From contig NW_003314300.1 in assembly GCF_000143415.4 (NCBI RefSeq), forward strand, positions 42,908-106,907: a stretch of DNA of 64,000 nt, written 5' to 3'. The translations under genes and the position numbers were made by a program. The DNA comes from Selaginella moellendorffii (taxonomy: Eukaryota; Plantae; Lycopodiophyta). Shown here piece after piece: positions 61,923 through 64,000 of the stretch. The notes under the pieces were generated by a model. The model was not told the DNA's origin and made no database searches. It saw only the letters and a program-made list of their open reading frames with translations. The first letter of the stretch is position 1. Each line of letters starts with the position of its first letter.

Positions 61923-63684
61923 TGTAAGCGACTAAATTTTCCATTTTACTTTAGTCACTTAACCACACCTCTGACCACTTGGAGGAGTCTCATTCGCAAC
62001 CTCCATAAGTCCAATCCAGGACTTGGGACTTGCTAGCCCCGAGAATGGCATCCATGCCACTCAACATTTGCACTTGGTCCAAGTGCTCCACGTGTCCGAT
62101 CCCATGACCGACACTCAAAGGTACCACCGACATAGCAGCCCGTTACGCTAAGGCCATGCCCGATCACCTTTGCCACCCTAGTAGTCCAATACCACTTGCA
62201 TCACCATCTTGGCTCTCCAAGACTAGGCAAACCATCCGTGAGTGGTCATCTCAGATCCACTCCTTAGCATCCTTAGGATGCCCGCAAACCTGGGGAATCG
62301 CCTTCCCCAAAGTCCCTTTGTCAGTTCCTACCAAGTCCCTTTCTGCCCCTGGCCGTGTTTGCCAACACTGCCACTGGATCGAGGCCCACAGGCCCGACCA
62401 CTAAGTCCCATGGTCCTCTGGGACTTCCTCACCACACGACTGTGTCCTTGGTCACTACCCCAGAGGACTGCTCCTCTTACTTTCCACAGTCTAGGCCTTT
62501 GGGACAATTTTTCGGAACACCGTGGCCTTACGCGAGCCACCTGGGTACTCTCCCCACCTTTCGCCTTTAGGTGCTCTAGCCATGGGCTTAGAGCGAGGTT
62601 CCGTTGAGCCACGCCTGGTATCCAAGTAGGTAGTGCCACCCACACTTGGACTGGGAGCATCGGCCAGTCGATCTCCCGGGGGAACTAGAGCCGGCTCTTG
62701 AACACTTCACCAAGCTACCCCGCTTGTCGGTCTGTGTTCACTCTAGTCTTGGACTTCCCAGTGGGCAGCTCATCACCCAACACTGGGTCCGGCCTTCCTG
62801 GGCCAAACTGGCCTTTCCTGGCCAAACTGGCTCCACTGCAGTCCTCCCCCTTACTATACTTTTGGAGCTCACCAAACCCCCCAGGGTCTGGGAGACGAAC
62901 GCTTTGGGCTTTCACCCTCTCAGACTCGAACTCATACTTGGACTCGGACTCGGACTCGGACTCGGACTCGGGCTCGGGCTCGGGCTCGGTCTCGGCCTCG
63001 GCCTCGGTCTTGTTCTCGGTCCCGATCTCGGTCTCGGTCCCGATCTCGGTCTCGGTCTCGGTCTCGGTCTCAACTTCGAACTCCATCTCGGACTCCATCT
63101 CGGACTCCATCTCGGACTCCATCTCGGACTCCATTTCGGGTCCATCTTGGACTCCATCTCGGGTCCATCTCGGACTCCATCTCGGGTCCATCTCGGACTC
63201 CATCTCGGACTCCATTTCGGGTCCATCTCGGGTCCACCTCGAACTCCATTTCGGGTCCATCTCGGACTCCATCTCGGGTCCATCTCGGACTCCATCTCGG
63301 ACTCCATTTTGGGTCCATCTCGGGTCCACCTCGGACTCCATCTCGGACTCTATTTCGGGTCCATCTCGGGTCCACCTCGGACTCCACTTCGGACTCCAAC
63401 TCGGGTCCATCTCGGACTCCACTTTGGACTCCAACTCGAGTCCATCTCGGACACTTCCACGTGTCATGTGTTGGTCCTTTTGGGTCCCTTTTTGGAGCCT
63501 CGCTTTTTGCTCGCTTCGTGCTCGTTGCTCGAGCACTTCTTTGGGAGTTCCACTCCCGCTCTTGACTTTTCAAGTCGGAGCTTTTGGTCCAAACGTGTTA
63601 CGCTCGTTTGGCTCTCGCTTCAGCCACTACCACGTGGCACCCTTCCCGGCTCCACTTTGGGGCCTAGGGATTTTGTGTCTCACA
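61923..63684 (-). mobile_element. Solo LTR of the same family inserted antisense, TSD CTAAG
   Basis: Reverse complement of 59366-61214; CTAAG at 61918-61922 and 63685-63689; no adjacent PBS. Confidence 0.9.
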
Positions 63685-63901
63685 CTAAGTCCAAAATTGC
63701 TAGATGACTCAAGTAGAGTCAAGGGATGGTCTTAAAAGGATTGATGGAAGCATTTGGACTAAAGTGTGTTGTACCCCACAAAGGATGGGGGGGGATCATA
63801 GGATCCAAGGATGAGAATAAAGGGTATCTCATCGATGGCAAAATGTGCCATGCTAAAGTTATGGGAAAGGTGTTCCCAGAAGAAAACAACTTTGACACAA
63901 A

Positions 63902-64000
63902 TGTGAGACACAAAATCCCTAGGCCCCAAAGTGGAGCCGGAAGGGCGCCACATGGTAGTGGCCGAAGCGAGAGCCAAACGAGCGTAACACGTTTGGACCA
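63902..64000 (+). mobile_element. Start of a third LTR copy (3' LTR or another insertion), cut by the window edge
   Basis: tgtgagacacaaaatccctaggcccc... matches 59366 onward. Confidence 0.85.

Noticed and set aside
59322-63735. Long ORFs rich in LG, SP, RP and ES repeats
   Set aside because: They arise from the stop-poor tandem array inside the LTRs, are open on both strands and show no domain

Overview
Eukaryotic, gene-dense land-plant DNA. The 45-95 nt GT-AG introns, PLS-type PPR genes, telobox motifs and CRN-like genes point to a lycophyte such as Selaginella, but that is inference. From left to right: a Gypsy integrase remnant; a Crinkler/RHS-like P-loop NTPase + REase gene (1.5-3.6 kb); a decayed Mutator-like transposase and dispersed repeats; and a second spliced CRN-like gene (12.2-15.1 kb). 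Next is a four-unit tandem amplification (~14.3-46.2 kb, units 7-9 kb) created by one PPR/CRN breakpoint. Each unit carries a CRN 3' fragment, a decayed PPR and ART remnant, a PARP/ART-fold gene copy (-), a 68-nt tRNA-like gene (+) with its own TATA/CAA and T-run (in unit 3 its slot is an N gap), and a PPR 3' portion. Unit 4 runs into the intact PLS-E PPR gene. All four ART copies are disabled in different ways, and two have been rearranged into fold-back hairpins. Several 5S-rRNA-bearing Cassandra TRIMs are inserted, with TSDs and empty paralogous sites. The right end holds an EMSY-like ENT gene, an RBOH NADPH oxidase, a germin-like gene and a nested LTR retroelement forming a ~1.8 kb inverted repeat. 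The best candidate for an undescribed system is the amplified head-to-head pair of ART-like gene and anticodon-less tRNA-like RNA, set among CRN toxin-like genes.
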